DNA of 64,000 nucleotides from an uncultured Acidobacteriota bacterium (GTDB lineage Bacteria; Acidobacteriota; JAQAZP01). How positions within the stretch are numbered: the stretch's first letter is position 1; each line of letters opens with the position of its first letter. The translations under genes were made by a program, and so were the position numbers. This document shows positions 55,562-64,000 of this stretch, in pieces. The notes under the pieces were generated by a model, which saw only the letters and a list, made by a program, of their open reading frames with translations, made no database searches and was not told the origin of the DNA. Location of the stretch: contig CAWIIB010000001.1 in assembly GCA_963836075.1 (NCBI GenBank), positions 1,152,001-1,216,000 of the forward strand, given 5' to 3'.

Positions 55562-57292
55562 ATGAAATCTCAAATGTTTATTTTTGTGATTGCCCTCTGC
55601 CTAGCTGTCACCACAGCCACCGCCACCGAGGTGGGTCCCGGTCCGGTCTCCGGTGAGTGGGACGCTTTGGGAAACCCTTACAACATAAACGGGCAAATCA
55701 CCGTGCCTGCAGGCGAATGCCTGACCATCGACGAGGGTGTTGAGGTTATTTTCCAGGGACACCACAAGCTGATCGTCTATGGCTGCATGGAGGCGGTGGG
55801 AACGGAAGCCTCGCCCATTCTGTTCACTGCAGCGAACACCCTTGATGGCTGGCACGGCATCCGGTTCATCGACGCTTCGGACAACAGCCATCTGGCACAC
55901 TGCATCATCGAGTACGGCCGTGGCCTGGGGATAGATATCAATGATCCCGACGGCTGGGGCGGCGGCCTCCTTTGCGATAACACCAGCCCGGTGATCAAAC
56001 ACTGCACGTTCAGAGATAATTCCACCAACTGGATCGGTGGCGGGATCATGTGTCATGCCTCGAGCTCTCCGACAATCGAGCATTGCCACATCAGCGGAAA
56101 TTTCGCCGGCAACTGGGGCGGGGGTGTGGCCGGTCTTGCCGCGGGTCATCTGATCGTCCGCAACTGTACAATATCTGGAAATACCGCGGGGGAAGATGGC
56201 GGGGGGATCGCCGGTGAACAAATTACCCTGACTATCACGGACAACGACATCTCAGGCAATAAGGCCCTGAACAACAATGGCGGGGGGATCTGCTCCTACG
56301 GCGGCTGCACGGGCTCGATCAAGGACAATGTCATTTTGGGGAATCATGCTGAGGTGGGTGGTGGTGGGATGATAATCTGGTACTGGAGTTCATTCGACCT
56401 GACGAACAATCTCGTTTACAAGAACACTGCCGGCGGTTACGGCGCTGGGATCTGTTGTTTCGATCATGCCTCCGCGACCATCACCAACTCAACCGTTTGC
56501 GGAAACATATCCAACGATCTGGGTGGCGGGCTCTCCTGCGAAACCAATTCGTCCATGACTGTCGTTAACTCAATCCTGTGGAACAATACGGCAGACACGT
56601 CATCCGACGAGATTCTGGTCGGCTACACGGTGAATCCATCCACGGTCACCATCAGCTACTCTGACGTGAGGGGGGGGCAGACCCATGTGGATGTCTGGCC
56701 CGGGAGCACACTCAATTGGGGCAGTGGCATGATCGATGAGGACCCTCTTTTCTTTGATCCGAACGTTGGAGATTATCACCTCTGCCAGGATCCCTGCCAG
56801 CCGGGAGTAGTCAACCCGTGTGTGGACGCAGGCGATCCGGTGAGTTCGATCATCGATTGGACAACGCGCACCGACTGTCATGCCGATGAGGCTGATGTTG
56901 ACATGGGGTATCACTATCCATTCCCGGAAACCGTCATCGCGGACCTGAACTGCGTCCCGGATGCGGGCGTTTTGCCCTTCACCTCAATGTTCAGCGTAGT
57001 GCTGGGCAATTCCCTGGCGCACCACCGGACAGTGGCTGGTCGAATAGACGTGAGTCTTGCCGGCGGGGCAAACTTTGCCAACTGGCGCGCGGGCTTCTCG
57101 AACCTCGGGCCCGGCGAGACGTTCACCACATCCTGGCAGCAGGTGCTTCCTGCGCTGGATCGCCTGGTGGGATTGAACCTCTTCGAACTTCATGCCGAGG
57201 ACGTTACACCGCCACCGTACAACCAGCCGCCCTACCTGCCCTCGGGAGCAACAGTCACCGCAGCCTGCTCGGTAACGGGTCTGGCACCATAA
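55562..57292 (+). CDS. secreted right-handed parallel beta-helix protein with conserved C-terminal domain
   Basis: AGGAGG RBS, signal peptide, repeated N..GGG(I/L) and ISGN repeats, DPLF..DYHL..PCVDAG. Confidence 0.85.
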   Translation: MKSQMFIFVIALCLAVTTATATEVGPGPVSGEWDALGNPYNINGQITVPAGECLTIDEGVEVIFQGHHKLIVYGCMEAVGTEASPILFTAANTLDGWHGIRFIDASDNSHLAHCIIEYGRGLGIDINDPDGWGGGLLCDNTSPVIKHCTFRDNSTNWIGGGIMCHASSSPTIEHCHISGNFAGNWGGGVAGLAAGHLIVRNCTISGNTAGEDGGGIAGEQITLTITDNDISGNKALNNNGGGICSYGGCTGSIKDNVILGNHAEVGGGGMIIWYWSSFDLTNNLVYKNTAGGYGAGICCFDHASATITNSTVCGNISNDLGGGLSCETNSSMTVVNSILWNNTADTSSDEILVGYTVNPSTVTISYSDVRGGQTHVDVWPGSTLNWGSGMIDEDPLFFDPNVGDYHLCQDPCQPGVVNPCVDAGDPVSSIIDWTTRTDCHADEADVDMGYHYPFPETVIADLNCVPDAGVLPFTSMFSVVLGNSLAHHRTVAGRIDVSLAGGANFANWRAGFSNLGPGETFTTSWQQVLPALDRLVGLNLFELHAEDVTPPPYNQPPYLPSGATVTAACSVTGLAP

Positions 57293-57309
57293 ATCAAATC
57301 TGACATATC

Positions 57310-57341
57310 TGGGTGAGCGGCCGTTTGGAGTCGCTCACCCA
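57310..57341. terminator. hairpin downstream of the beta-helix gene
   Basis: TGGGTGAGCG...CGCTCACCCA; no clear U-tract. Confidence 0.5.
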
Positions 57342-57485
57342 CGCCTTCCACCTAAATTTCTGCACTCATCCCGGTGCTGACAATCGGTGGTGAACCCCAA
57401 TCCTGACTTCATGGTATACATCCAGTGGCAGGCCCAGCGGAGCTATTTCTTCGGAGTGAAGATCAAGTTCTGACCTGAGTGGGGC

Positions 57486-58100
57486 TCACACCCGCATGGC
57501 AATGGTCAGCCCGTCCAGTTCCGGTGAGTGGAGCGGGAGCCGTGCCAGGAGATGCACGGCCCGCCAGGCGTCCGATGCCTCAACCGCATCGATGAAGGTC
57601 TCGGCGCCGGCAAAGCCCGTGTTGTCGGCCACCAGCAGGCCGCCGGGGGCCAGCAGGCGCTCGCAATGGGGAAGGGCCCGCACGTAGTCCTCCTTCTCGA
57701 TGTCGAGGAAGACCATGCGGCAGTGTTTGTCCAGCCCGGCGAGGATCTCGAAGGCGTCGCCGGTCAGCACCTCGGCATGGTTCGCCGCCCCGGAGCGCCG
57801 CAGCGTCTCCCGGGCCCGCTCGGCCAGGGCCGGGTCAAACTCCAGGGTCAGCAACCGGCCGCCGGTTTCGGCACAGGCCCGGGCGAGATAGACAGCCGAG
57901 TATCCGGTGGCCGTGCCCAGTTCCACCACCAGTCCGGGGCCGGCCAGCCGGGCCAGGATGCCCAGCAACTCGCCCACCACCGGACCGACAATGGGCACAT
58001 TGTCCCGCTCGGCCTCGGCTTCCAGCTCGAGCAGCAGATCGTCCCGCGGCGGCAGCAGCCGTCGGAAGTGCTCTTCCAGGTTGGGAATCATGTTTGACAT
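57486..58100 (-). CDS. SAM-dependent O-methyltransferase (COMT/CCoAOMT-like)
   Basis: VPIVGP, ELGTATGYS, FLDIEKEDY, GGLLVADN. Confidence 0.9.
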   Translation of the reverse strand: MSNMIPNLEEHFRRLLPPRDDLLLELEAEAERDNVPIVGPVVGELLGILARLAGPGLVVELGTATGYSAVYLARACAETGGRLLTLEFDPALAERARETLRRSGAANHAEVLTGDAFEILAGLDKHCRMVFLDIEKEDYVRALPHCERLLAPGGLLVADNTGFAGAETFIDAVEASDAWRAVHLLARLPLHSPELDGLTIAMRV

Positions 58101-58121
58101 CTATTGAGCACAACATCCGTT

Positions 58122-58151
58122 CAACGGCCCGGGCATCTGCCCGGGCCGTTG
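58122..58151. terminator. GC-rich hairpin after the S8 gene
   Basis: CAACGGCCCGGGCA-TC-TGCCCGGGCCGTTG. Confidence 0.6.
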
Positions 58152-58169
58152 TTTATCGCCGGTGAACCC

Positions 58170-61100
58170 TTATGGCGTCAGACCCACAACCGTGAAGCTG
58201 TCGCTGTCGCTATCGCCCGAGGGGGCGTACGGCGGCTGGTTGAACGGCGCCGGGGTCACGTCCTGGCCGATAAGGGTGAAGACGTTGGAACCCACCAGCG
58301 TGCCCAGGCCGGGCAGACTCTGATTCCAGACCTTGGTAAACACCTCTGCGGGGCTGAGGTTGGTCCAACCGGCCCGCCAGTTGCCGTACGGCGTGCCGTT
58401 GGCGATCACCACGTCGATCCGGGCGGCGGCCCGGCGGTTCTCGCTGGTCAGGTTAATCAACTGTGTCGTGAACTGGGTGACGAACGGGAGTGTGCCGGTG
58501 TCGGGCGCAGCGTTGATGGCCACCTGCACCGTGTCCGGGGACGCTGCAGTGAGCCCGAAGAAGTCGACGTAGGCCTGCATCAGCTCCAGCTTCGTGCTGG
58601 GCGACACGCCGTCGTTGAGACCTCCAAACTCGTAGGAGGCGCCGATGGCACGCCAGGTGCCGGCATCGTGGGCAATACCGCAGCCATACGCATCACTGGG
58701 ATTGATGAAGATCTCGAAAGCCGGGCTGGTGGCGCCAATCTGGTCGATCCAGGAGTTCTCACCACTGTAGGTAAAGCTCATCCCGTCGGTGAAGGATCCG
58801 GCCACACCGGTGGCGGTGGAGAGGTCGGCGCCGCCGTCCCCCTCGTCGATGAAGTTGAAGTAGCTGCGCAGGGTTGCCGGATTGCTGTCGAAGCACCAGA
58901 CATCGCCGCCCTCGAGGTAGAGGTTGCCGCCGTTGTCGAGGTACTCCACCAGGGCGGCCTCTTCGGCGCTGCCCGAAGAGAAGGTGTAGTTGTTGGAGTA
59001 GATGCCCACCAGGACAAAGATGGCGTCATAGTCGGTGAGCGGGTTGGGGTAGGCAAAGAGGTCGGATGTGGTGATCGAGCTCCAGCCGAGGGCGGTCAGG
59101 GCACCCTGCATCGCCGCGCCGCTGATCGGCGTCGGATCGGGCTCCCAGATCAGGATCTTGTACCAGTCGGGCAGGGTCACGTTGCGGGTGGTGATCCCGC
59201 CCCCGGTCACCGGGACGCCCAGCTCGGTGGCCGAGGCGTACCCCGACAGGGAGTAGCGCAGGTCATAGCTCGATCCGCCGGGCAGGTCGACGGTGTAGAA
59301 ACCGGAACCGCTGGTGAGCACCGGGGATATCGGCGTATCCAGCACCTCCACCTGCACCCCGGCCAGCGGGCTGCCGCCCGAATCGGTCACCGTGCCCTGG
59401 ATCGTGCCGTACACTGACGGCGCCAGAACCAGGTTCCGGGTGGTGATCGTGTCGGTGATGATGGCGACGTTGTTCACGGTGTCGGACACGTAGCCGAAAG
59501 CCGAGGCGGTGACGTCGTAGAGGTCCTCCACGAGATTCATCGTGTACTGGCCGGTGCCCGGATCCGAGGTTACCGTGGAGGTGGACCCCGTCCCCTGGCG
59601 CACGGCCTGGACCACGGCTTCCACCGCTGCACCGCTTCCCTGCTCGGTCACGGTCCCTTCCAGGGTGCCCAGGTCGGCGATGAATTCCAGGGCCAGGTGA
59701 GTGTCGATGCGGCCCCAGCCGGTCTCATTGTCGAAACCGGGAGCAGCCAGGTCGGTGGCTGTGGACTCCAGAACCAGCTGCACCTGTGCGGGGGTGAGCG
59801 ACGAGTCCACGGAGAGCATCAGCGCGGCCACGCCGGCCACGTGAGGACAGGCGCTGGAAGTGCCGTTGAACGTCTCGGTATACCCCCCGCCCATGGAGGT
59901 GGTGTGGATCAGCACGCCCGGGGCGCAGATGTCGAGGGTGGGGCCGTAGCTCGAACCCCAGCTCTCACCGTCACAGCTGGAACTGCTCTTCCGCTCGTCG
60001 CAGGGGCTCACCGCGCCCACGCAGATGCAGAAGGGGCTGTCCGCCGGGACCTCCACCGGTTGTACGTTCTCGTTTCCGGCGGCGAAGCAGACCACACAGC
60101 CGGCGTTGTGGGCGTTCTCGATGGCGTCATACACCGCGGTGTAGGTTCCCGACGACATGCGCCAGCTGTTGGAGAGGGCCAACCCGTCGAAATCGCCAGC
60201 CCGGCTCGCCGCGTAATTGAGCGCATCGGCGCGGTTCTGGTTCATACCGGAAGTGAGGTCGACCCGCAGGGGCATGATGCGGCAGCTGGAAGCGATGCCG
60301 GCCACACCGATCCCGTTGTTGCTCACCCCGGCGGCGATACCGGCACAGGAGGTGCCGTGCCCCGATTCGTCCTCGGGGACATCGTCCCCGGGATCGGCGA
60401 AGTCCCAGTCTTCCGTGCCCCGGGGCAGGATGTTGGCCGCCAGGTCGGGGTGGTCGAGGTCCACGCCGGTGTCGATGATGGCCACCACCACGTTGGGGTT
60501 GCCGGTGGTGATGTCCCAGGCGGCCTCGGCATTGATGTCGTGATCGCTGTACGGCGTGCAGCCGGAACAGGAGGTGACCTGGCCCGTGTTGTTCAGGTTC
60601 TGCTGGTTGGGGTAGTCGGGGTCGTTGGGCACGGCGAGCATGTCATCATAGCCCACGCTGCTGAACTCGGCGAAACGGACCTCTTTCATCCGGTTGAAAG
60701 CACGGATGGCCTGGAAGAGGGTCAGCTCCTCGGGGACGGTGATCGTGTAGTAGCCCGGTGTCCAGTGGTCCTGGACCACGCGGCTGCCCAGGGAGGAGAT
60801 GAGGTCACGGCAACGACCATCGTCCAATCCCGCGGCAAAACGGACGGTCAGTTCGTGACCCACCACATATTTGCGAAAGCCATCTTGATCCACCAGCACC
60901 GGGAAGGCGCTGACCACCTCGCTGCGCGCCGCAGCCTGCCGGGCCAGCTGAAGCTGATCCACCTGGCCCGGAATCCGGTAATGGGCGTGATGGTAGTATT
61001 GCTGCCGCGGGTGGAGGATGGACAGCCCGAGGGCAGTTTCCGCCGCAGTAACGGTATCCGGTGTGGCGGCCTCCTCGTAGCGGATCATGATCTCATCATC

Positions 61101-61268
61101 CAGGAGGCGAAACGTCAACTGGCGCTGAAAGTACTTGTCGAAGTAGTAGGCGTCCTCGAGCAGGGCTTCCCGCTGCAGCAGCTGCGCCGCCAGGGCGTTC
61201 TGGCCCATCGGGAGTCCGATGGCCAGCAGGGTCAGCACGATTGCTGCCTTGATTCCAATGGCTCTCAT
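58170..61268 (-). CDS. secreted S8 subtilase with carboxypeptidase-regulatory-like repeats and conserved C-terminal domain
   Basis: Signal peptide; catalytic IIDTG, GHGTSCAG, GTSSACP; oxyanion AAGN; two G(T/I)xGTVT beta-sandwich repeats. Confidence 0.93.
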   Translation of the reverse strand: MRAIGIKAAIVLTLLAIGLPMGQNALAAQLLQREALLEDAYYFDKYFQRQLTFRLLDDEIMIRYEEAATPDTVTAAETALGLSILHPRQQYYHHAHYRIPGQVDQLQLARQAAARSEVVSAFPVLVDQDGFRKYVVGHELTVRFAAGLDDGRCRDLISSLGSRVVQDHWTPGYYTITVPEELTLFQAIRAFNRMKEVRFAEFSSVGYDDMLAVPNDPDYPNQQNLNNTGQVTSCSGCTPYSDHDINAEAAWDITTGNPNVVVAIIDTGVDLDHPDLAANILPRGTEDWDFADPGDDVPEDESGHGTSCAGIAAGVSNNGIGVAGIASSCRIMPLRVDLTSGMNQNRADALNYAASRAGDFDGLALSNSWRMSSGTYTAVYDAIENAHNAGCVVCFAAGNENVQPVEVPADSPFCICVGAVSPCDERKSSSSCDGESWGSSYGPTLDICAPGVLIHTTSMGGGYTETFNGTSSACPHVAGVAALMLSVDSSLTPAQVQLVLESTATDLAAPGFDNETGWGRIDTHLALEFIADLGTLEGTVTEQGSGAAVEAVVQAVRQGTGSTSTVTSDPGTGQYTMNLVEDLYDVTASAFGYVSDTVNNVAIITDTITTRNLVLAPSVYGTIQGTVTDSGGSPLAGVQVEVLDTPISPVLTSGSGFYTVDLPGGSSYDLRYSLSGYASATELGVPVTGGGITTRNVTLPDWYKILIWEPDPTPISGAAMQGALTALGWSSITTSDLFAYPNPLTDYDAIFVLVGIYSNNYTFSSGSAEEAALVEYLDNGGNLYLEGGDVWCFDSNPATLRSYFNFIDEGDGGADLSTATGVAGSFTDGMSFTYSGENSWIDQIGATSPAFEIFINPSDAYGCGIAHDAGTWRAIGASYEFGGLNDGVSPSTKLELMQAYVDFFGLTAASPDTVQVAINAAPDTGTLPFVTQFTTQLINLTSENRRAAARIDVVIANGTPYGNWRAGWTNLSPAEVFTKVWNQSLPGLGTLVGSNVFTLIGQDVTPAPFNQPPYAPSGDSDSDSFTVVGLTP

Positions 61269-61374
61269 TGTATTCCCTTTCAGTTGTGGAGGTCGGGTTG
61301 GCGAGAATCCGGTCTGTTGACAACAGACTAGTGGAAAAACGGGTAAGGATCAACTCGTTCAGGCCGGCTGGTCG

Positions 61375-64000
61375 CTACCCGTCCCAGCCGTCGGGATCGG
61401 CCACCGGGACCGGGACTGCTTTATTCCCCCGGACCATGCGGCGGAAGAGCGCGGCCACCACGGCGGAGCGCAGGTCGTCGAGCAGGGTGTAGACCACCGG
61501 CACCACCAGCAGGGTGAAGAGGGTGGACGAGATCAGCCCGCCGATGAGGGTCAGACCGAAGCTGGTGTAGCTGAGGCCGATGGAGGAGGTGCCGCTCATG
61601 GTCACCGGGATCAGGCCGCAGATGGTGGTCAGGGTGGTCATCATGATCGGGCGAAAACGCCGCTCGGTGGCCATCAGCAGCGCCTCGCGCCGTTCCAGGC
61701 CCTGCTTGCGCAGCCGGTTGACGTAGTCGATGAGCACGATGCCGTTGTTCACCACCACCCCCACCAGCAGCACGCAACCCACCACGCCGAGGAAATCGAT
61801 GTCGAAGCCGGTGGCGTAGTGGATCCAGCTCACCCCGATGGGGGCGAGAATGATGCTGAAAATGATCGAGAGCGGCAGCATGAAACTCTCGAAGAGGAAG
61901 CCCATCAGCAGGTAGATGAAGATCACCGAGAGCATCAGGGCGAAATAGAGGGATTGCAGGTCCTCGTCCACCTCCTCGCCCCGCTGTTCGCCGAACCGCA
62001 CGCCCTCGGGCAGGTCGATGGTCGACTGCAGTGCAAGGAGTCTTTTCCGGGTCTCCTCCTCCTCGCCCTCTTCCAGCTCGAGGGTCAGGTAGCGGGTGGT
62101 CCGTTTGTCCCGGCGCACGATCCGCTCAGCCGAGGCCAGCTCTTTTACATCGGTCACCGATGAGATGGGGACGAAACCGCCGCTGGCCGTGGGGATGTAA
62201 AACCCCATGAGCTTGTCGAGGGTCTCCCGGTCCTCCTCCTTGTAGCGCACCCGTACCGGGATCTCCTTGCCCTCCCGGTGGTAGTAAGGCAGCTGTTGGC
62301 CGCGGAGGGAATAACCGACCACCCCGGCCACCACCTGGGGATTGATCCCCTGCTGCTGGGCGCGCCCGCGGTCCACCACCAGCCCCAGTTCGTTGGGCGC
62401 CGGGTCACCGCTGGATTTCAGGCCCAGCACCCCGGGCACCGCGATGAACCGGGGTTCGATCTCCCTGGCCACCCGGTCCAGCACCCGGAAGTCCTCGCCG
62501 AACAACTCAACCACGAAAACCTGCTGTCCCTCTTCCTCCTCCGACTCGCTCTCCTGCCCGGTGTAGTATTCGGCGCCCGGCTTTTTTGGTAACAGTTTCA
62601 TCAATCGCTCGGTCACTTCGCGGGGTGAAATGTCGTTGGTCCGCGGCCGCTTGAACCAGCCCTCCAGCTCGCCGTAGGTGGCGGTGTGGAAGTGGAACTG
62701 CCCGTCCAGGTCCAGTTCCTCCATGTGCTCTTCGACCACCTGCTCCAGGGTGCGGAAATAGACTTCCGTCTCCTCCAGCGTGGTGCCCCGCGGCATTTCG
62801 ATGTCGATCTCGAACCCTGACCGTTCCTCCTCCTGCACCTCGACGAATTTGACGTTCTTGAAAGCGAAGGCCCCGGTCACCGCATAGAGCAGCACCAGCA
62901 GGAGCACCAGGTCGAGACGGCGATTGAGAAAGACGCCCAGCAGGCCGGTGTAGCCGCGGTTCATCGGCAGCATCGTGACGTTGTAGATCCGCTCCACGAA
63001 CCCGGTGAACCGTTCGTAGGCCCCGCGCAGCCGGGTTGTTTGCTTCACCCCGTTGGCCAGGGTGAGGTAGACGCAGAGGGGGACGAAAACACCGGCCACC
63101 ACCAGCGAGGCCAGCAGGGCCATGGAGATGGGCAGGGACAGGCGAAGCAGGAAGAACTGCCCCTGCCCTTCCACCAGCGACACCGGGAGAAAGACGACGA
63201 TGGTGGTCAGGGTGGCCATCAGGATGGCCAGGGCGATCTCCCCCACGCCCTTGATCGCCGCATCGCGCCGGGGCATCCCCTCCTTGTGCAGCCGGTGGAC
63301 GTTCTCCGCAACCACCACCGAGTTGTCCACCAGCAGGCCCACCGAGATCATCAGCCCCAGCAGGGAGAGGATGTTCAGCGACTCGTTGGCGAAATACATC
63401 ACGGTGAGCGAGATCAGCAGGCTGAGCGGAATGGAGAGGGTGATAATCAGGGTCAGCCGCAGCCGGCGCAGGAAGAAGAAGAGCACCACGATGGCGAACA
63501 GGGCGCCGATGCGGCCGCTGTCCAGCAGGGTCTTCAGCGACTCCTCGATCACCTGCCCCTGGTCGAAGAGCGGGAAGATGCCGATGTCCTGCAGCCGGGG
63601 TTCCCCCTCCAGCCGCTCCAGTTCGGCCCGCATGGCCCGGGCCACCTCGAGGGTGTTGGCCTGCCCCTCCTTGAGCACGATCAGCGCCACCGCCGGCTGG
63701 GAGTTGGCCCGCACCCGGTAGGTCTGCTCCGGTTCCTTCCAGCTCACCTCGGCCACGTCCTGCAGCCGGATCGAGGGAGCCACCAGTCGCTGGCGCAGCG
63801 CTTCCAGGTCTTTGTAGCGGGCCACCGAGCGCAGCAGCAGCTTCTTGCCGCCGAAACGCACGTCACCGGAGGCGAGGGTGAAGTTGTCGTCGGCCAGCTC
63901 GCCGGCCAGCTGGTAGATGTTCAGCCCGCTGGCCTCGGTGCGCTCGCGGTCCAGCTCGATGAAGATCTCCTTCTCCATCAGGCCCTGGACTTCCACCGTG
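61375..64000 (-). CDS. RND (AcrB/AcrD/AcrF family) permease, 5' truncated by window
   Basis: GLLVDNSVVVAEN, TLTTIVVFLP, GVVVNNGIVLID, RFRPIMMTTLTT. Confidence 0.93.
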   Translation of the reverse strand, partial: TVEVQGLMEKEIFIELDRERTEASGLNIYQLAGELADDNFTLASGDVRFGGKKLLLRSVARYKDLEALRQRLVAPSIRLQDVAEVSWKEPEQTYRVRANSQPAVALIVLKEGQANTLEVARAMRAELERLEGEPRLQDIGIFPLFDQGQVIEESLKTLLDSGRIGALFAIVVLFFFLRRLRLTLIITLSIPLSLLISLTVMYFANESLNILSLLGLMISVGLLVDNSVVVAENVHRLHKEGMPRRDAAIKGVGEIALAILMATLTTIVVFLPVSLVEGQGQFFLLRLSLPISMALLASLVVAGVFVPLCVYLTLANGVKQTTRLRGAYERFTGFVERIYNVTMLPMNRGYTGLLGVFLNRRLDLVLLLVLLYAVTGAFAFKNVKFVEVQEEERSGFEIDIEMPRGTTLEETEVYFRTLEQVVEEHMEELDLDGQFHFHTATYGELEGWFKRPRTNDISPREVTERLMKLLPKKPGAEYYTGQESESEEEEGQQVFVVELFGEDFRVLDRVAREIEPRFIAVPGVLGLKSSGDPAPNELGLVVDRGRAQQQGINPQVVAGVVGYSLRGQQLPYYHREGKEIPVRVRYKEEDRETLDKLMGFYIPTASGGFVPISSVTDVKELASAERIVRRDKRTTRYLTLELEEGEEEETRKRLLALQSTIDLPEGVRFGEQRGEEVDEDLQSLYFALMLSVIFIYLLMGFLFESFMLPLSIIFSIILAPIGVSWIHYATGFDIDFLGVVGCVLLVGVVVNNGIVLIDYVNRLRKQGLERREALLMATERRFRPIMMTTLTTICGLIPVTMSGTSSIGLSYTSFGLTLIGGLISSTLFTLLVVPVVYTLLDDLRSAVVAALFRRMVRGNKAVPVPVADPDGWDG

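Overview
GC-rich bacterial chromosomal window, probably from a diderm organism; the taxon cannot be fixed from the sequence. The left third is mostly housekeeping: ABC exporter, cysC, an RlmD/TrmA methyltransferase, gltX with tRNA-Gln/tRNA-Glu and serS with two tRNA-Ser. Small islets (RelE/Phd toxin-antitoxin; sulfatase-like gene plus an HTH scar) lie 3' of tRNAs. Next come a Fis-HTH/phosphohexomutase pair, a TatT-type TRAP transporter, class II HMG-CoA reductase, a nuclease-DinG helicase, DUF362/DUF6599-like genes, glycosyltransferases and two unassigned secreted proteins. Three features stand out. (1) A ~14.6-kb, 15-gene cluster in two convergent operons (35.7-50.4 kb) built around an SDR::sugar-phosphate-cyclase fusion, with ROK kinase, nucleotidyltransferase, DegT aminotransferase, GH4, radical SAM, TIM-barrel isomerase, cupin, deacetylase, two Nudix enzymes and a kinase/pseudokinase set; this is a candidate undescribed (amino)cyclitol pathway. 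(2) A translationally coupled ECF sigma / membrane zinc anti-sigma / signal-peptide-bearing TPR-CHAT protease operon. (3) A 120-aa C-terminal domain shared at 59/120 identity, ungapped, by two unrelated secreted proteins, a candidate sorting or anchoring domain. Several single-base frameshifts may be assembly errors. All family calls come from reading motifs by eye, not from database searches.
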